DNA of 63,775 nt, counting the filler, from Collodictyon triciliatum (Eukaryota), in NCBI GenBank assembly GCA_043381765.1. It is 9 parts of 9 records of this genome, joined end to end, with 100 filler letters (N's around TTAATTAATTAA, not from the genome) between each part and the next. Parts side by side here need not be neighbours in the genome. Positions count along the whole stretch, not along the records: positions 30,331 to 37,820 come from JBHJMP010003879.1; positions 37,921 to 45,395 come from JBHJMP010003880.1; 7 more parts are not named here. The stretch is one strand, 5' to 3'. The position numbers and the translations under genes are program-made. The notes below the pieces were generated by a model that saw only the letters and a program-made list of their open reading frames with translations, did not search any database and was not told where the DNA came from. Of the stretch, positions 32,452 through 45,495 are shown piece by piece. Every line of letters starts with the position of its first letter. The first letter of the stretch is position 1.

Positions 32452-33533
32452 ATGTCTGGGCAAACTGCGCTCCTTGAAGAGCTACGGAAGATAACTAAGG
32501 ACTTGGATATTCTGGCTCTCCAAAATCGTACGTCGCTGCGTCTTGGTTACAGAAATCTAACATCTGTGCCGCGTGGGGTCTTCGAATTAGATCGCTTAGT
32601 GCGACTTTATCTTTTTTGGAACCAGTTATCGACACTACTGCCAGAAATATCACGCTTGACGAGTCTTCAAGTTCTCGATCTTCGCTTCAACCAGTTGTCC
32701 TCATTACCACCAGAAATTTCGTGCTTGACTAGTCTCACGTTCCTCGATGTTGGTATCAATAACCTGTTGTTGCTACCACTTGAAATATCGTGTTTGACTG
32801 GTCTTGTATGTATTGATATCTATAGCAATCCGGTAATTATTTTTTTTTGTTTATGCAAAGAGGAAAAAAATCATCTAAAAGTAGTATTTCTACAGATCGA
32901 AAAGCTTCCTTCCCATATCACAACGCTCACAAACCTGAAGGAGCTTCGGATAAACGCAGGATTTGGACAGACTATTAAAAAGGCTCCACACGGAATCACA
33001 AATCTCCCATGCTGGAAAAATACAGATAATGAGGATTATAGACATATACGTGCCTTACAACTCTACGCAGTAAGTACCAAAAAAATTCTTATCTAAGAAA
33101 AACATTAAGCATATCAATTATTTTAGTACGCTTTACTTCGATGAGCTTTTGAAAGGAAAAAATATTTTAGGATACACAACAAGTTACACCTCTTACATCT
33201 CTTGTATCTAAAGTGGATGACCAACGGTGCATGTTAGTATCACTAACATCCAAAGTGGATGCACAACAAACTACTCTCGCATCCCTCACATCGCTTGTAT
33301 CAAAAGTGGAGATATTGGAAAGTACACTTGCAGGTTACAAATCCAAAGTGGATATACAACAAGGTACCATCGCCTCCCTTGCATCTATGGTGCAAGAACA
33401 GCAAAGTACTATTGCTTCCCTGGTATCTCTTTTGTCCAAGGTGGATTTAATGATGACTAGAATGAATGACCTAATGCCTCTGATTGAAGAGAAAAAGCCC
33501 AACGCAGGAGTTGAGGGGGTTGACCATCTCTAA
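32452..33533 (+). CDS. Leucine-rich repeat protein with C-terminal coiled-coil repeats, 3 exons
   Basis: Exons 32452-32832, 32896-33069 and 33171-33533. 23-residue LRRs (LxxLDLxxNQLSSLPPEISxL). Tail carries about six xQxxTLASLxSKVD-like repeats. Confidence 0.88.
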
Positions 33534-33636
33534 TATCATTATGTCTCACAAAAATTTTAACATCTCTCTATTTCTTAATTATCATATCGATCTAATAATG
33601 ATAATAATGATAATAATGATAATAATGATAATAATG

Positions 33637-33685
<49 letters not shown>

Positions 33686-33695
33686 NNNNNNNNNN

Positions 33696-33745
<50 letters not shown>

Positions 33746-34963
33746 CCACTCGTAAAACAAATCAAATTTTTTTTTTACAAATCTAATTAAAATGCATATG
33801 CTTCTAGACCGAGTAACCAGGATCTGAATCGATGTGCTGCAATATCTTTGAATAAAATTCAACTTTCATTTTTAGATGATTTTTTGTTAATTGACTTTTT
33901 TTTTAATACTAGATAGGATAAAATTATTGAATAAGCTACTTTAAAAGTTTATTTAAAAATAATTCAATACAAATGCAATGAATGTGGTTTAATGAAAAAA
34001 TGCTATTTATCAGATAAAAATGTAAAATATATCTTACTTCATCAGAACAGAGAAGGATGAAGTTAAATTTTTTATTCGTTCCAAAGGTGAAGTTATAACA
34101 TAAGCATATAAAACTGTTTATTTCTGTATGAATTTTCAAAAAAAATATAGGATATCAATCACTCTTATGAGTTATTTATATTTTAAGCGATTGAATCTCG
34201 AATCAAATAAAGGGAAAAAATTAAGTTATTGAAAAATAAATTATTCAAAATTTTAGATAATAATTTATTGATAAATGAGCAATCGAGGAAGTGCTTACAT
34301 ATTGATGGTAATTAATACCAAAATTTACTTTAAATTAGTCATAAGGGGTTTAAATCAGAAATAAGACTCACAGAGGTATATTTTAGTTCCTTTAATTTCA
34401 GACAATAGTTAATAGACCTAGTAAAATCCAGTTGATAATATCACTTCGTATTTTTATTTTTTTAATTTTTTGCTGTAAAGATCAAATGAGGGCTTCTTCC
34501 ATTTTTACTTCATTATATTTATGATGTATAAATATTTATTCCTTGACAATTTCGTGTGCGATCATTAATAACTATGCTTGAATATAAAAAAATTGGACTT
34601 TTAAAAAAAACTTTAATTCCTTCTCATCACCAAAAGAAAATAAAGGAAAATCCAGAAATTATTCCACATAAGACAATTTTGTGAATTTACATTATTGCGA
34701 AGCATTTGAATTTTTATCAAGGAAAATGTAGATGGAATGCCATTCTTTTCCTTTAAACCACAATACACTAACAAATTGATGGTGCATCTCTTCTTTTTTT
34801 GTGGTCTAAACAAATGCTCGGTTCTTTATTTACTTGGTACTAGTCTCCTTCGTATGCAACAGCAGGATGTGTTACAAAAGAGTATTGCGGCCTACTAACA
34901 CATTGCTTGAATAACCTGTTCTTGAAGGCCAGAGCTCAACCAAATTGCCTTCAATCTATTATC

Positions 34964-36413
34964 ATGGGTAACACCTTTTCAAGTGATGCCACAATCGAAG
35001 AGTTGAATGACTTCAACCAGGGCAGGGGCGCATCTACCTCCCAAAACCGCACAACACTTGACCTTAGATTGAATAATCTGAGATTTGTGCCGCATAGAGT
35101 CTTTTTGTTCGATAGTTTAGTGCAACTGATTCTTTGGCACAACCTATTACCATCTCTTCCACCAGAAATATCGCGCTTGACAGGTCTTACATTTTTCAGT
35201 GCAGGAAGCAATAAACTATCGTCGTTGCCACTAGAAATATCACACTTGACTGCCCTCAAAGAATTATATGTCCACTACAACGAACTCTCATCTTTACCAC
35301 CAGAAATATCTTGTTTGACACGCCTCCAGAAGTTTTTCGTTCAAGAAAATCCGGTAGTATTTTATTTGCATGTGAAAAAAACATGCCTAAAAATAAATTA
35401 TGCAGATTGAAGAGCTCCTCCCACAAATATCTGCGCTGACGAACTTGAAGGTGCTTTGGATCAAGGGCTATGGAACGCAAATCACTATAAAGAGTGCACC
35501 ACGTGGCATTACAAATCTTCCATGCTGGATCAATAGAGGGAACAAGGATAAAAACCATTTACATGCACTTCAGCTCTATGAAACAGTAAAAAAAATTCAA
35601 TTTAGATTACCAAGAATATTTTTAACAAAAAATAAAAGTAGATCGATTCAGTGAAAAAGCCGGAATGGATTCCAACCGACTTTCAAGTCGGGTTTAAATC
35701 CTTGAGTTTGTATGGAATCTATCTTTCTGAACTACCGAAATGCATTACAATCATGCAGAGCCTGACTTACCTTTGTCTTAAAAAAAATTGCGTAATATTT
35801 TTGTTGGAAAATTAATTAAAATAACAGCGTATGTACGACATTATATTTTGAATGTAAAAATAAAAACCATAATTTAATAGTTCTTTGAGTTTCCTGATTC
35901 TGTTTGTTTGATGCATTCCATTATTCGCTTGGATATATCAAATAATAAGGTAAAGTGTACTATTAAGTAAAACAATGTGTAAATTATACCATTTTACAAA
36001 ATATTTTTTTCATATAACATTGTTTATAATATAAATTAGTTAACCAGGATCCCTCATGCGATCAATCAACTATGCAACCTTGAAATACTGGATGCAACAA
36101 ACAATAGGGTAATAAGTGTAGCAATAATAAGAGATCATCTGTAAAATGGTTTATCTACGTCTTAATTTTCCGGTTTTCTGTTCATCGAATTTTTCTTTTG
36201 ACACGCTTTCAGATTTAGAACTCTTTTATTTTATTTTTGTTTAAATTTTCAATTTTATAGTATTCAATAGCTTTCTATATTAAAAAGATAATCGAACTGC
36301 CAAGATTTGAAGAAAAATTAGGCAGCACCAAAAAGCATGCAGAACTTGAAGCTGAAACGGAGGCTGTGGAAACTACAAAAACGAAACAAACAAATAAATG
36401 TGCACTCTGCTGA
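34964..36413 (+). CDS. Leucine-rich repeat protein, tandem paralog of the upstream LRR gene, about 5 exons
   Basis: Starts MGNTFSS. Shares QNRTxLxL, the LRRs, the NP|IE intron position and APxGITNLPCW...ALQLY with the upstream gene. Further LRR exons near 35642-35790 and 36040-36108; last exon ends KCALC-stop. Confidence 0.8.
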
Positions 36414-38130
36414 TACATTATTCATGACTTGTGTTTTTTTGAAATAAGGGAGAGAACAATTGCATTTCCTCTAAAATTAATATGGTTCATTTTGTTATTT
36501 TCTATTAATTATATCCTACTTTTACATAAAATTAACTTAATTAAAGCATTTTGATCTGAATTAAAAAATTACAAAGATTTATAAAAAATTCAAATGGTAT
36601 GGGTACTTGTTCTGTATAGAACTCTTAAAAGTCAACATTTTAGTAAAATATTCTTGAGCTTGATATTGGACCAATATTACTTCTTGAAATAATAAATAGA
36701 TAAAAGTGGATGATGAAGACTATTTATGGCTAAATAGAGTCACCGCTATATTTCAAGCTCGAATGGAGAGAATTAATCAATCTGAAGTCAGAAAAAAGAA
36801 AAAGTTCTTCAATAAAGAAACGTGCCAATATAATAATTCAAGAAAATCAACCAACTTTTAAGCTGAAATAGTATCTATACTGATATAATGTGCTTAAAAC
36901 AATTGCAATCAAGCAAGCTCTTTAATTGAATAGAATAAAAGAAAGGTTAAAAACACTCAAATTTTGCAAAAATAAAAGAAAGAGCAAAAAGTAAACAAGA
37001 AAAGCTAACATCTATGTCTTTGTTTTTGAAATAAGGTGCTTTATTTCTACGCCCATTTTCACTTCATTTGGATGATAGTGATATTTAGATCTTTTATTGA
37101 TGTGAAAAGTATAAAGACTCTCCTCGGGGAAGGGGGAGGGTAAGGGATATGTTTATATTTGAAGGTGGTGGAGTATGAAGTCTGCAAAATCGATGGTTTG
37201 ATGCGAAGAGAAGATTGGTAGAAAAGACTCATTGACACACAGGTTTAGTATATGATATTGATGAGGATGTTTATTGGTAACATTATATCAATAAATATCG
37301 GAGATTATTGGATTGTGATGTTGCTTTTATGATTCAATAGTACAATAACCACCTTCAAAAGGAAAATGAATACTAAAAGGATCGAATTTTTTTATGATAA
37401 TCTAAGATTTTGTTTAATTGTTATTCAATTAAATTCCACTTTGAGTGAAATAAAAGGAAGACATTTCTTAGACTGAATCCCAAAGACATATTGCAATCAT
37501 TTTCCTCTTATTAGATTCAGAATTAGAGCAAAGACTTCAAAAATCTAAATGTGATTGCTAATCTAAATTTTTAAGTGATTTAGTGATAAAAATAAAATTA
37601 TTTACATTTTATTAAGCAAATAGTGTCGAATGCCAGGTTGTCTGCTTCGTAATTTTTTGTGGAAGTATTTCATACGAAGTCTGTTGATACAATCCTTAAT
37701 AATTAATACATTTCTACATAGAGGAGGGCGAGATGGCCATACGGTCGTTCTCCGGAGGAGGAGGAGGAGGAGGAGGAGGAGGATGGAAGTTGAAATTTGG
37801 TCATTGATAGAATCTATGTTNNNNNNNNNNNNNNNNNNNNNNNNNNNNNNNNNNNNNNNNNNNNTTAATTAATTAANNNNNNNNNNNNNNNNNNNNNNNN
37901 NNNNNNNNNNNNNNNNNNNNTATCTATCTATCTATCTATCTACGAAAAAAAAAGCGTCTGTCTATTCATCGAAACTCATCATGTGTATTACACCAGCTGA
38001 AATGATAAGTGTCCAAGTGCATTGTACATATTTTACACACTCATCACCTTGATTCTGATCCTTTATGTGAATAATTGGGTTTACTTACTCACTTGTAAAC
38101 ACCCTCTGTCTATGCATTGCGCGCTAAACA

Positions 38131-40206
38131 GCCCACCACAAATTGGAGAACATTGGGAGTCGAAAATGTAACAGCTTTTTTGAAACATCAGTGTCTGATA
38201 TACCTAGTATTCATCACATCGAGATAAAGCGTTCATGTATACCTCTCGCATGATCTTTCCAAACAGGAAAACCCCAGCAGATGCTTTCTCTCTACTTCCT
38301 ACACATAACCAATCAATTCCCGACTTTTTACCCTCTCATTGAACTACATCTCTGAGTGCAAAGTTGTGATTCATTTCCAGGGCCATCAATTCGTCCTGAT
38401 GGGAACTGCAGAGCCTTCAGCAGCACCCGAGACAGCTCAGGCAGAGGCCAGCTCTGCGCCTGTCGTTGAAAAGCCGAGTGAAGTTGTGGACGTCAGTTTT
38501 CCGTACTTTCTAGCGATTAATCAATACATCCCATGGAAGCTTTTGCCGGTTTCTCTAAAGGAATTCCAGCATCTCAGGTAGAAGAGAGAAAATATCCTGT
38601 TGGTCTCATGAATCTGGGAAACACGTGTTATATGAACGCTACTCTTCAGTGCCTGGCTACAGTTTCGGGGTTGATTCAGGCCATGGCTTGGTTCACCAAT
38701 AATTACGAGACTCTTTGTTGTTGCTGCGATTGATTGAGTAGATTAGGAAGTTAGTTTTACATATGGTCATTATGTTCCATTTAATGAAACACCTCAGCCG
38801 CATGCCCTGTATATTAGATGTTTTATGCGTATTTGAGAAGGGTATCTATGTGCCCTAAATCACTCACCGTACAGAATGCCAGCCGACGCTCAGGGGCTCG
38901 ATGGAAATACTCGCATTGTGGGCGTGTTGTCTCAACTTTTCAGGGATATGAAAACTGCTCAAAATTCCATCCCTCCATTTGTTTTCTGGACGGTAAGAGT
39001 TTAAATCACCTCCTTCATTTCTTATTCTCGTTCTACTTTTAGTCGCCATCATTGTGCCATAATCATCTCCAACATCCATTAAAGTTATACTCGTGAAACA
39101 TGCCACTCTCTCGGAGTTTTACAGAAAATCCAATCCTTCCATACTTTCTTGTCCCTATTTACCTTGCTTATTCCTCTCTCTTTCAAGAAATGGCAACTGC
39201 GTTAATTATGTGCATATTTGCTACATAAGAGGTGGTTTGAGGCTCATATTCTTGTTCTTGTCCCAATTCCCATATGCGTTGAAGCTTGTGTTCCCTCAAT
39301 TTTCGCAAACAACACCTGCTGGTCAGCCCATGCAGCAGGACGCAGAAGTAATGCTGGAGTCAGCTTGTCACAAGTGTGAAACAGCGCTTTGGCCAGTCAG
39401 TAGAAAACGCTGTCGATCGATTGTTTGGCGGCGAATTTGAAACAGAGTAAACAGCCTATGCCTCTTGAACATTTGTCGGAGTTTCTGACCTTCCCATTTG
39501 AAATGAATGCGCATGTGCTCAATGGATGTTTATGAGCAGGGTTGTTTGTACCGAAGGCAGTGAGGCTCCCCAAGCAGGTATCGATACTATTTTCAAGCTA
39601 TCCTGTCATATTAGCGTCTCCACAAATCACCTTTTGGAGGGCCTCACAGAAGTAGGAGTTATATCTTCATATTGCCAATCCACTGTTTCCTAGGTTCATT
39701 CGTTTATATACTTATTTCACTTTTTTCTTTTATTTTAAATGGTACAGCCGATTGATGATCAGCTTTTCTAATACTTCCTTTGCTTTCTTGCAGGTTCTTG
39801 AAGAGCCAATCACAAAGCACTCTCTTGCACTTGGGCGAGATGCATTATGCAAGAAGGTAGGAGACGCATTCTGACCCATTCATACGATATTCTATTCATT
39901 TCTTCTCATCATGCATGGAAATCGACTCGGTGAACTGCAATCTATTGATGACAGTCACCAACCGTGTTGCTAAAATTATTTTACTATCCCAGTCCTCCCG
40001 TATTTCGAAATTGCCGCTCTACTTGACCGTCTCTTTTGTGCGGTTCTTTTGGAAACCGAAAGAGCGTGTGAAGGCAAAGATTCTCCGGGCTGTTCGGTTC
40101 CAGCACACACTCGATGTCTACAAATTGTGCACAGAAAGCCTCAAAGCAAAGTTGCAGGCGAAGCGCCAGTATTTGCGAGACCTGGCCTATGCAACAACAA
40201 AATCTG
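38131..40206 (+). pseudogene. USP14: USP14/Ubp6 ubiquitin-specific protease, disrupted and 3'-truncated
   Basis: End of UBL domain (FVLMGTA), Cys box GLMNLGNTCYMNATLQCL, FPQF...MQQDAE, KLSCHIS, LPLYLTVSFVRFFWK..KAKILRAVRF. Lesions: TGA formed across the 38690/38875 junction, AT in place of AG acceptor at 39274-39275, +1 insertion at 39349. His-box exons are absent. Confidence 0.85.
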
Positions 40207-40489
40207 TATGTTTGCCGCAAATTGCATAGCAATACATCATCGCCTCGTTTTATTAGTGATTAATTGCGTCCCTATTTTACACGGCACTACTATACCGCAG
40301 CATATCCAACCCCTGCTACCCACGCAGCCTATCAACCAGTTGGGTCGCCCACCTGACCAACTCGCTATCACTGATTTCTTTCCGGTGCTACCCTCTCCAC
40401 GGTACTGTCTTCCCCTACTCGCGTTTGCTCTCTACCATGCGCACCTATCTCGCCCCTTTGTATGGCATAACCTTGCTACACTTTGAATG

Positions 40490-41612
40490 GAATAAAGGAA
40501 TTTTTTTCTTGTTTTCGTCTGTGTGAATCAAAAGATACATTCTGTTTGAATTCGTTACAGATACAACCATCTCATTGTTTGTATTCATAATACTATACAT
40601 GCAATTATTAGTTGTATAATTGTTGCATCCCTTTTATGAATCACAACATCATCTGACACAAGTGTATCTTTCATTACGTCCGCAAATTCTACACCATCTT
40701 TTCTCTTATATTCCTTCATCAACATATAAATTTTGTTATCAATTATATCATTAAACGTTCCAAACAATTCCTCCATCTTGGACGTCTTTGATCCATAGCA
40801 CGTTCCAATAATTCTTTTTAGTAAAAAAATATTGCATAAACAAAGACTTACATGTGTCCTCGGTCTGCGAATACAATACCATCGCCGTGTGGAAGCTGCC
40901 CATATCTTGCGGTTCAAATAATAGACGCACCAACCACTGAACCATCTCGTTAAACACCTTGGTTTCTTTTATTCTTCCTTTCAATTTTATGTAGGATGGT
41001 GGAGATGTTGGATTTGGTTCGCTAGCCATTGTTAAACACCTTGATATTAAAACTGCTAAACTTTGTCATCAGCTGATGAATTCGATTGTTATACAGTTTA
41101 TCAGTGATATCCTCGTCACTTAGCATTTGACGAATTTTACCCACCTTCTCAATCACATATCCTCAAAATGTATTGTACGTAGTGGCAGGTAATGTCTCGG
41201 GCCAATCTGGACGCAGCACCAGACATAGTATTTGTCTCTTTTGTTTGTCCTCCGCCCACTTATCCAATACATTAAAACATTTGTCGCGATGCGTGAGCTT
41301 TAAATGTGCATACTGGCACTCAGTATCAGTTTCATTGTAAAACTTGAGTGTGTAATTATCCATCACCAGCGCTAGTCTGCCGTAGAACTGAAAGCTATCC
41401 ATTTCAAACCCCTCTTTCGTTTTCTTGTAATGTATCTCCATGCTGTTCTTCCAATCTCTTAAGAACCTCGCTGAATGTTAAACTCAACAAATACTTTTTA
41501 AACAAGCAGCAAAGACTTGTACGTAATTTTTTTTTTGTCTATTGATTCCCTTGGATATTCTCTCTCTTTTCAAGCTGTTGAGTGGCATTCGAGTTACTGT
41601 TGTCTGAAACCA
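40490..41612 (-). pseudogene. D5/SF3-type (DUF5906-like) primase-associated helicase remnant
   Basis: Read across frameshifts: KWAEDKQKR...YNTF*G, MVQWLVRLLFEP, decayed Walker A MVLYSQTEDTCKS, LFGTFNDIIDNKIYMLMKE (Walker B region), motif C IMNTNNEMVVSVTNSNRMY. Confidence 0.75.
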
Positions 41613-42952
41613 TCGCGCTTATGGATAGTCACGTTGCCTCTAGATAGCGTACCATTTCATTTACCAAGACAAATCCAATCTTGAGCCGCCCGTCGTAGTC
41701 GCCAGACATCTTACGACATTGTGAATCTTCTAGCGCCACAAGAATCAAGTACTATATAATTTCATCTGTGAAATTGCGACTGAATTTGTTCATTTTTATT
41801 TTTAAATGTTTTATGGTTTATTTCCTCCTGAAATTCTTCAATCATTTTGCGCTTTTTATTTTCATACAAATGAAAGACATCTGCTGACTTAAATTCTGAT
41901 ATCTCATTGTGAAATATCTTGTCTGGATGATCCCTCACATTCCTCTTGAATCTTATAATGTTGACAGGAATCTTTGGAATAAATGCATTTAAACCCTCGT
42001 ATTTAGCAATATAATTTAGGATCTCGCACACAAATGTGAAACCTCTTCGTGTTACCATCTATCCAGCACAACGAATTGTTATTTGCCGGCAAACCCCATA
42101 TTTTGCTCAGTTCGTCCGGGTCTTGGATATTTTTATCTCCATAGTCGATGCGCACAATATCTGGACCATATCTCAAAAACAATGACATCACTCATACAGT
42201 CTCTCTTTTCCTCTTTTTTCAGATATCTTTAGCCCACTTCAGTTTTCTCTAAACATGAAATTGATGTTTCTTTCCATTCATCTTAATAAGTACCTTTCAC
42301 ACTTTTTTTTTATTACTATAATTTCTTTGCCCTCTTTGGTTACATAATACCAGGGATAGGCTGACAAGCCAACATCTTCACCATCCTGCACAAAATTGAA
42401 AGGAAGAATAAAAAAAAACCAGGGATAGGCTGACGGAATGTCGTTCTTACTAATAAAGGTCTTTGCGTTCATCTTTGCTAGCTCGTTCATATGCTTATTT
42501 TTAGGGATGGTTTAAAGTTGCAATTTTTTCGTACTATCTTCCCTCCTTAAACTTGCCGCCCGCTTCACCCCATGCCACCCTGAGGGTATGGCACGAGCTG
42601 TTTTTCGAGGCCCAATCTTCTAAACAATCATTTTACTTTTAAATTTTTTTTATAAAAAACACATTTATATAAAAAAAAATTGAAGGGAAATAAAGCTTAT
42701 TAACAATCTCCAACCCCAGCAAAAGATAAAGCGCGTGGCAAGCGTCTGGAGAGGGTGGGTCGTCAGTCCTCAAACTTGATAACAAAAGACAGATCGGCTA
42801 TCACCTATTAGATTGCATCCATAGTCTTTTTCTTTGGCCTCTTCCTATTGGTATTGTCCAGAGAATACAAGTAAAGCTAAAAGTCCTCCAAGTATTCAAA
42901 TTCATCATGAACATCATCGATAATTAGTTTGAACATAATAGTTCAGACATGT

Positions 42953-43641
42953 TTATTTGAGATAGTAAACGATCTCTGAGCTAAAGTTCTTGTATATCTT
43001 CGGCTTTCTGGGTGCTGCTTGCAAATCGGTAAATATGGAACAAAAGTTTCGTCCGTGCAATATTCCAGGATTTCATCGAATTTAGATTGCGAGAGATTCG
43101 TCAACCCTTTGAGCGCCTCCCGTTACCGTTGGTTGCTCGTATGAAACGAAATCAAGTGATTTGCATTCTAAAGCGGCTTCGCATTCGTCAGTCATATGGC
43201 CTGGCTCACAATTATGATGCTGAGATTGTAATGCATGTGCTTGAGAAAGTTCTTGAGCATCTGTTTGGTCTGACGTTCAAAGACGGTGGGCAAGTCGCCA
43301 AGAACTAAAATATACGGCTCTCCTTCCAATCGTCATCCTTGGTTATATATTGAAGAATTGTGTCAAATATCTCATCAGTAAAATTATCAGAGCTACGTGC
43401 TTGTGTAAATCTGGTTCACTGATAATCACGTCCGACATTTTACCATCAACCATACTAATAGAACAAAAAAACACCTTGCATAATACTTGTAATATAATTC
43501 TTTTTTCCTAAGCAAATTTGCTATCAACATCCTTTTGCCCGACCCCATTTTTGCAGATATCAGCATCAAGTGAGGCGTTGACTCTCCGGGGTCTAGCAGA
43601 GCCCCCAGCATAATCTGCTTTCTTTTTTTAATTACAACCAA
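42953..43641 (-). pseudogene. A32/FtsK-HerA-type virion packaging ATPase remnant
   Basis: Walker A LMLISAKMGSGKRMLIANLL, Walker B YILVLGD, KHMHYNLSIIIVSQ (decayed RH...SQ motif), FDEILEYCTDE and IYKNF near the end. Contains internal stops. Confidence 0.85.
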
Positions 43642-43748
43642 GCGCTTGACTTTGAACTAGTTTACTTTTATTCTTCCTTCCAACTTTGTGCAGGACCGAG
43701 GGGGGTTTGTTGGCTTTTTTCCTCCATATTGTATTATCGAAATAAATT

Positions 43749-44075
43749 TTATGCGTCAAATACATAAGCTCGTGTTGTTCCTTTATCTACTGCTTCTGCT
43801 AAAGCTTTTTTCTGTGCGCGTTTTTGCATCTTATAGGTCTCTAGCTGTGTTGGGTACTTTACAATTTTGGCCATTTCAGATTTTAGTTCTACTAGATCGC
43901 TTGATGGAGCTGTGGCTTTTTGGTAAATTTTTATGGCCTGAGTCATCTCCTTGGTCTTTTTGACCTTGGTTGCTTTTGGCTGGATTTTTGCAGGGTGGGC
44001 CCTATGCTTTTTCGATGCAACGCGTTTTGGTTTAGCTTTTTCTATGGTATCTATTTCGTTTTATGTCTCGCTCAT
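43749..44075 (-). pseudogene. Small Lys/Ala-rich basic viral ORF next to the ATPase
   Basis: Reads EKAKPKRVASKK...MTQAIKIYQKATAP...QKRAQKKALAEA. Intronless; upstream part appears frameshifted. Confidence 0.35.
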
Positions 44076-44116
44076 AATCATCCGTAGTAAATAGTTTCTG
44101 GGGTAGAATATAGAGA

Positions 44117-44826
44117 ATGCCCATTACCTTCATATAGAATTATCCAACAAAGTGCGCAGTAGTATTTCAGACTTTAATTTTGGAACGACACAAAACAGAT
44201 ACGTTGCGTCCTCAGGCAGAATTAGGACTGAGAGCGCCCAGATTTCCTACATCGTACACAATGTCACGTCTGCCAACAATGAGCTAGCCATTCTCTGTAG
44301 TGTTGGTGGCAGCCCCGTTCCATACTATATTACACGAGTAGATGGACTATTTACATTGAATGAGTAACTGTGTAACATCAAAACTAAAATGAACGTAGCA
44401 GCACCAACACGATTAGTATCTGTTTCTGTTATTCTTATTTCAGGCATACAAAATGTTGCCATCAAAGCAGCTAAACTTTATTGCTACGTGTGAACTGTTT
44501 GTAAAATCGTCAATGTGTCCAGAAGTTAGTGAACTGCAAGCAATGACTGTCACAAGAACGTTTTATTTCGTGTACCCAGTCAGCCCGGATGTGAATCCAT
44601 CGAGTTTAGCCAGTAGTGTCAGAAGCGATTGCACCTTAACAAAGATACCGCTGAGTACCGGGTCACGGTGATGTAATTATTACGAGGCCAAAGAAAACAT
44701 GCTAACAAAAAAGGTATGCTACTCTTCATTCGTTCGTGGAGTATTCAGCCGTCGGGTGGCCTGGCCAAATCAATTATTCAATTGCATGGCTACAGCTACA
44801 CGTTACAGGTAATTCCCGATTTTTAA
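44117..44826 (+). pseudogene. Minor capsid (penton)-like protein remnant
   Basis: SISDFNF...IRTESAQISYIVHNVTSANNEL...ITRVDGLFTLNE*LCNIKTKMN, and C-terminal TLTKIPLSTG...IIQLHGYSYTLQV, resemble PLV/virophage single jelly-roll penton patterns. Confidence 0.6.
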
Positions 44827-45495
44827 ATGTTTGGTAAAGTAATGCTTTTTTTAAAATAAAAAAGAAAAGTTTCGGAATTTTTTTGAGCAGACGCAAAAGT
44901 ATTAAAATTGGATTTTAACGGATTTTCTACACAATACTTCAAGAAATTTACAGTATGGTCATTTCAGTTTGGCCGGATGGCAGTAGTTGGTGGTCTCCCA
45001 TCAGTTAATGGCACAGGTATGGAATGGTGCGTTGTCTCTCGAGCACAAAGTGCATCTTCGGGAAAAGATGAGGTCACTCATTGATCGACGACGATTCAAC
45101 TGCCACTTGGACAAACATGAATTTGGCTTAGGACCCCTCCACTGAATTTCATAATGGAACGAGCACCATCGTTCAGACGGATATCTACTATCTAAGATAG
45201 CGTGTATTTTTTTAGTGGGAAATCATATTTCGTATAAGTGTAGATATAAATGACGGTGTCGTCTCAACCGCGATGAACCCTTGAGGCGCTTCGCGAGCTC
45301 TGAATTGTATTTATATTACATTTTTCCATTTCGCCCTTTTGGGCTGCTACACATTTTCTTGAGCTATCTGAAATCTCTTATTTTTATCCTATTCTNNNNN
45401 NNNNNNNNNNNNNNNNNNNNNNNNNNNNNNNNNNNNNNNTTAATTAATTAANNNNNNNNNNNNNNNNNNNNNNNNNNNNNNNNNNNNNNNNNNNN

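Larger units (their letters stand above)
40490..44826. mobile_element. Degraded endogenous Polinton-like virus / virophage-type element (fragment)
   Basis: Intronless, densely packed, stop- and frameshift-riddled ORFs including an SF3 helicase, an A32-type packaging ATPase and a minor-capsid-like gene. Boundaries are approximate; no TIR or TSD was identified. Confidence 0.8.

Noticed and set aside
42642-42681. AT-rich inverted repeat in the viral remnant as a hairpin transcription-end signal
   Set aside because: Made of poly-T and poly-A runs that are common throughout this genome; not distinguishable from chance.
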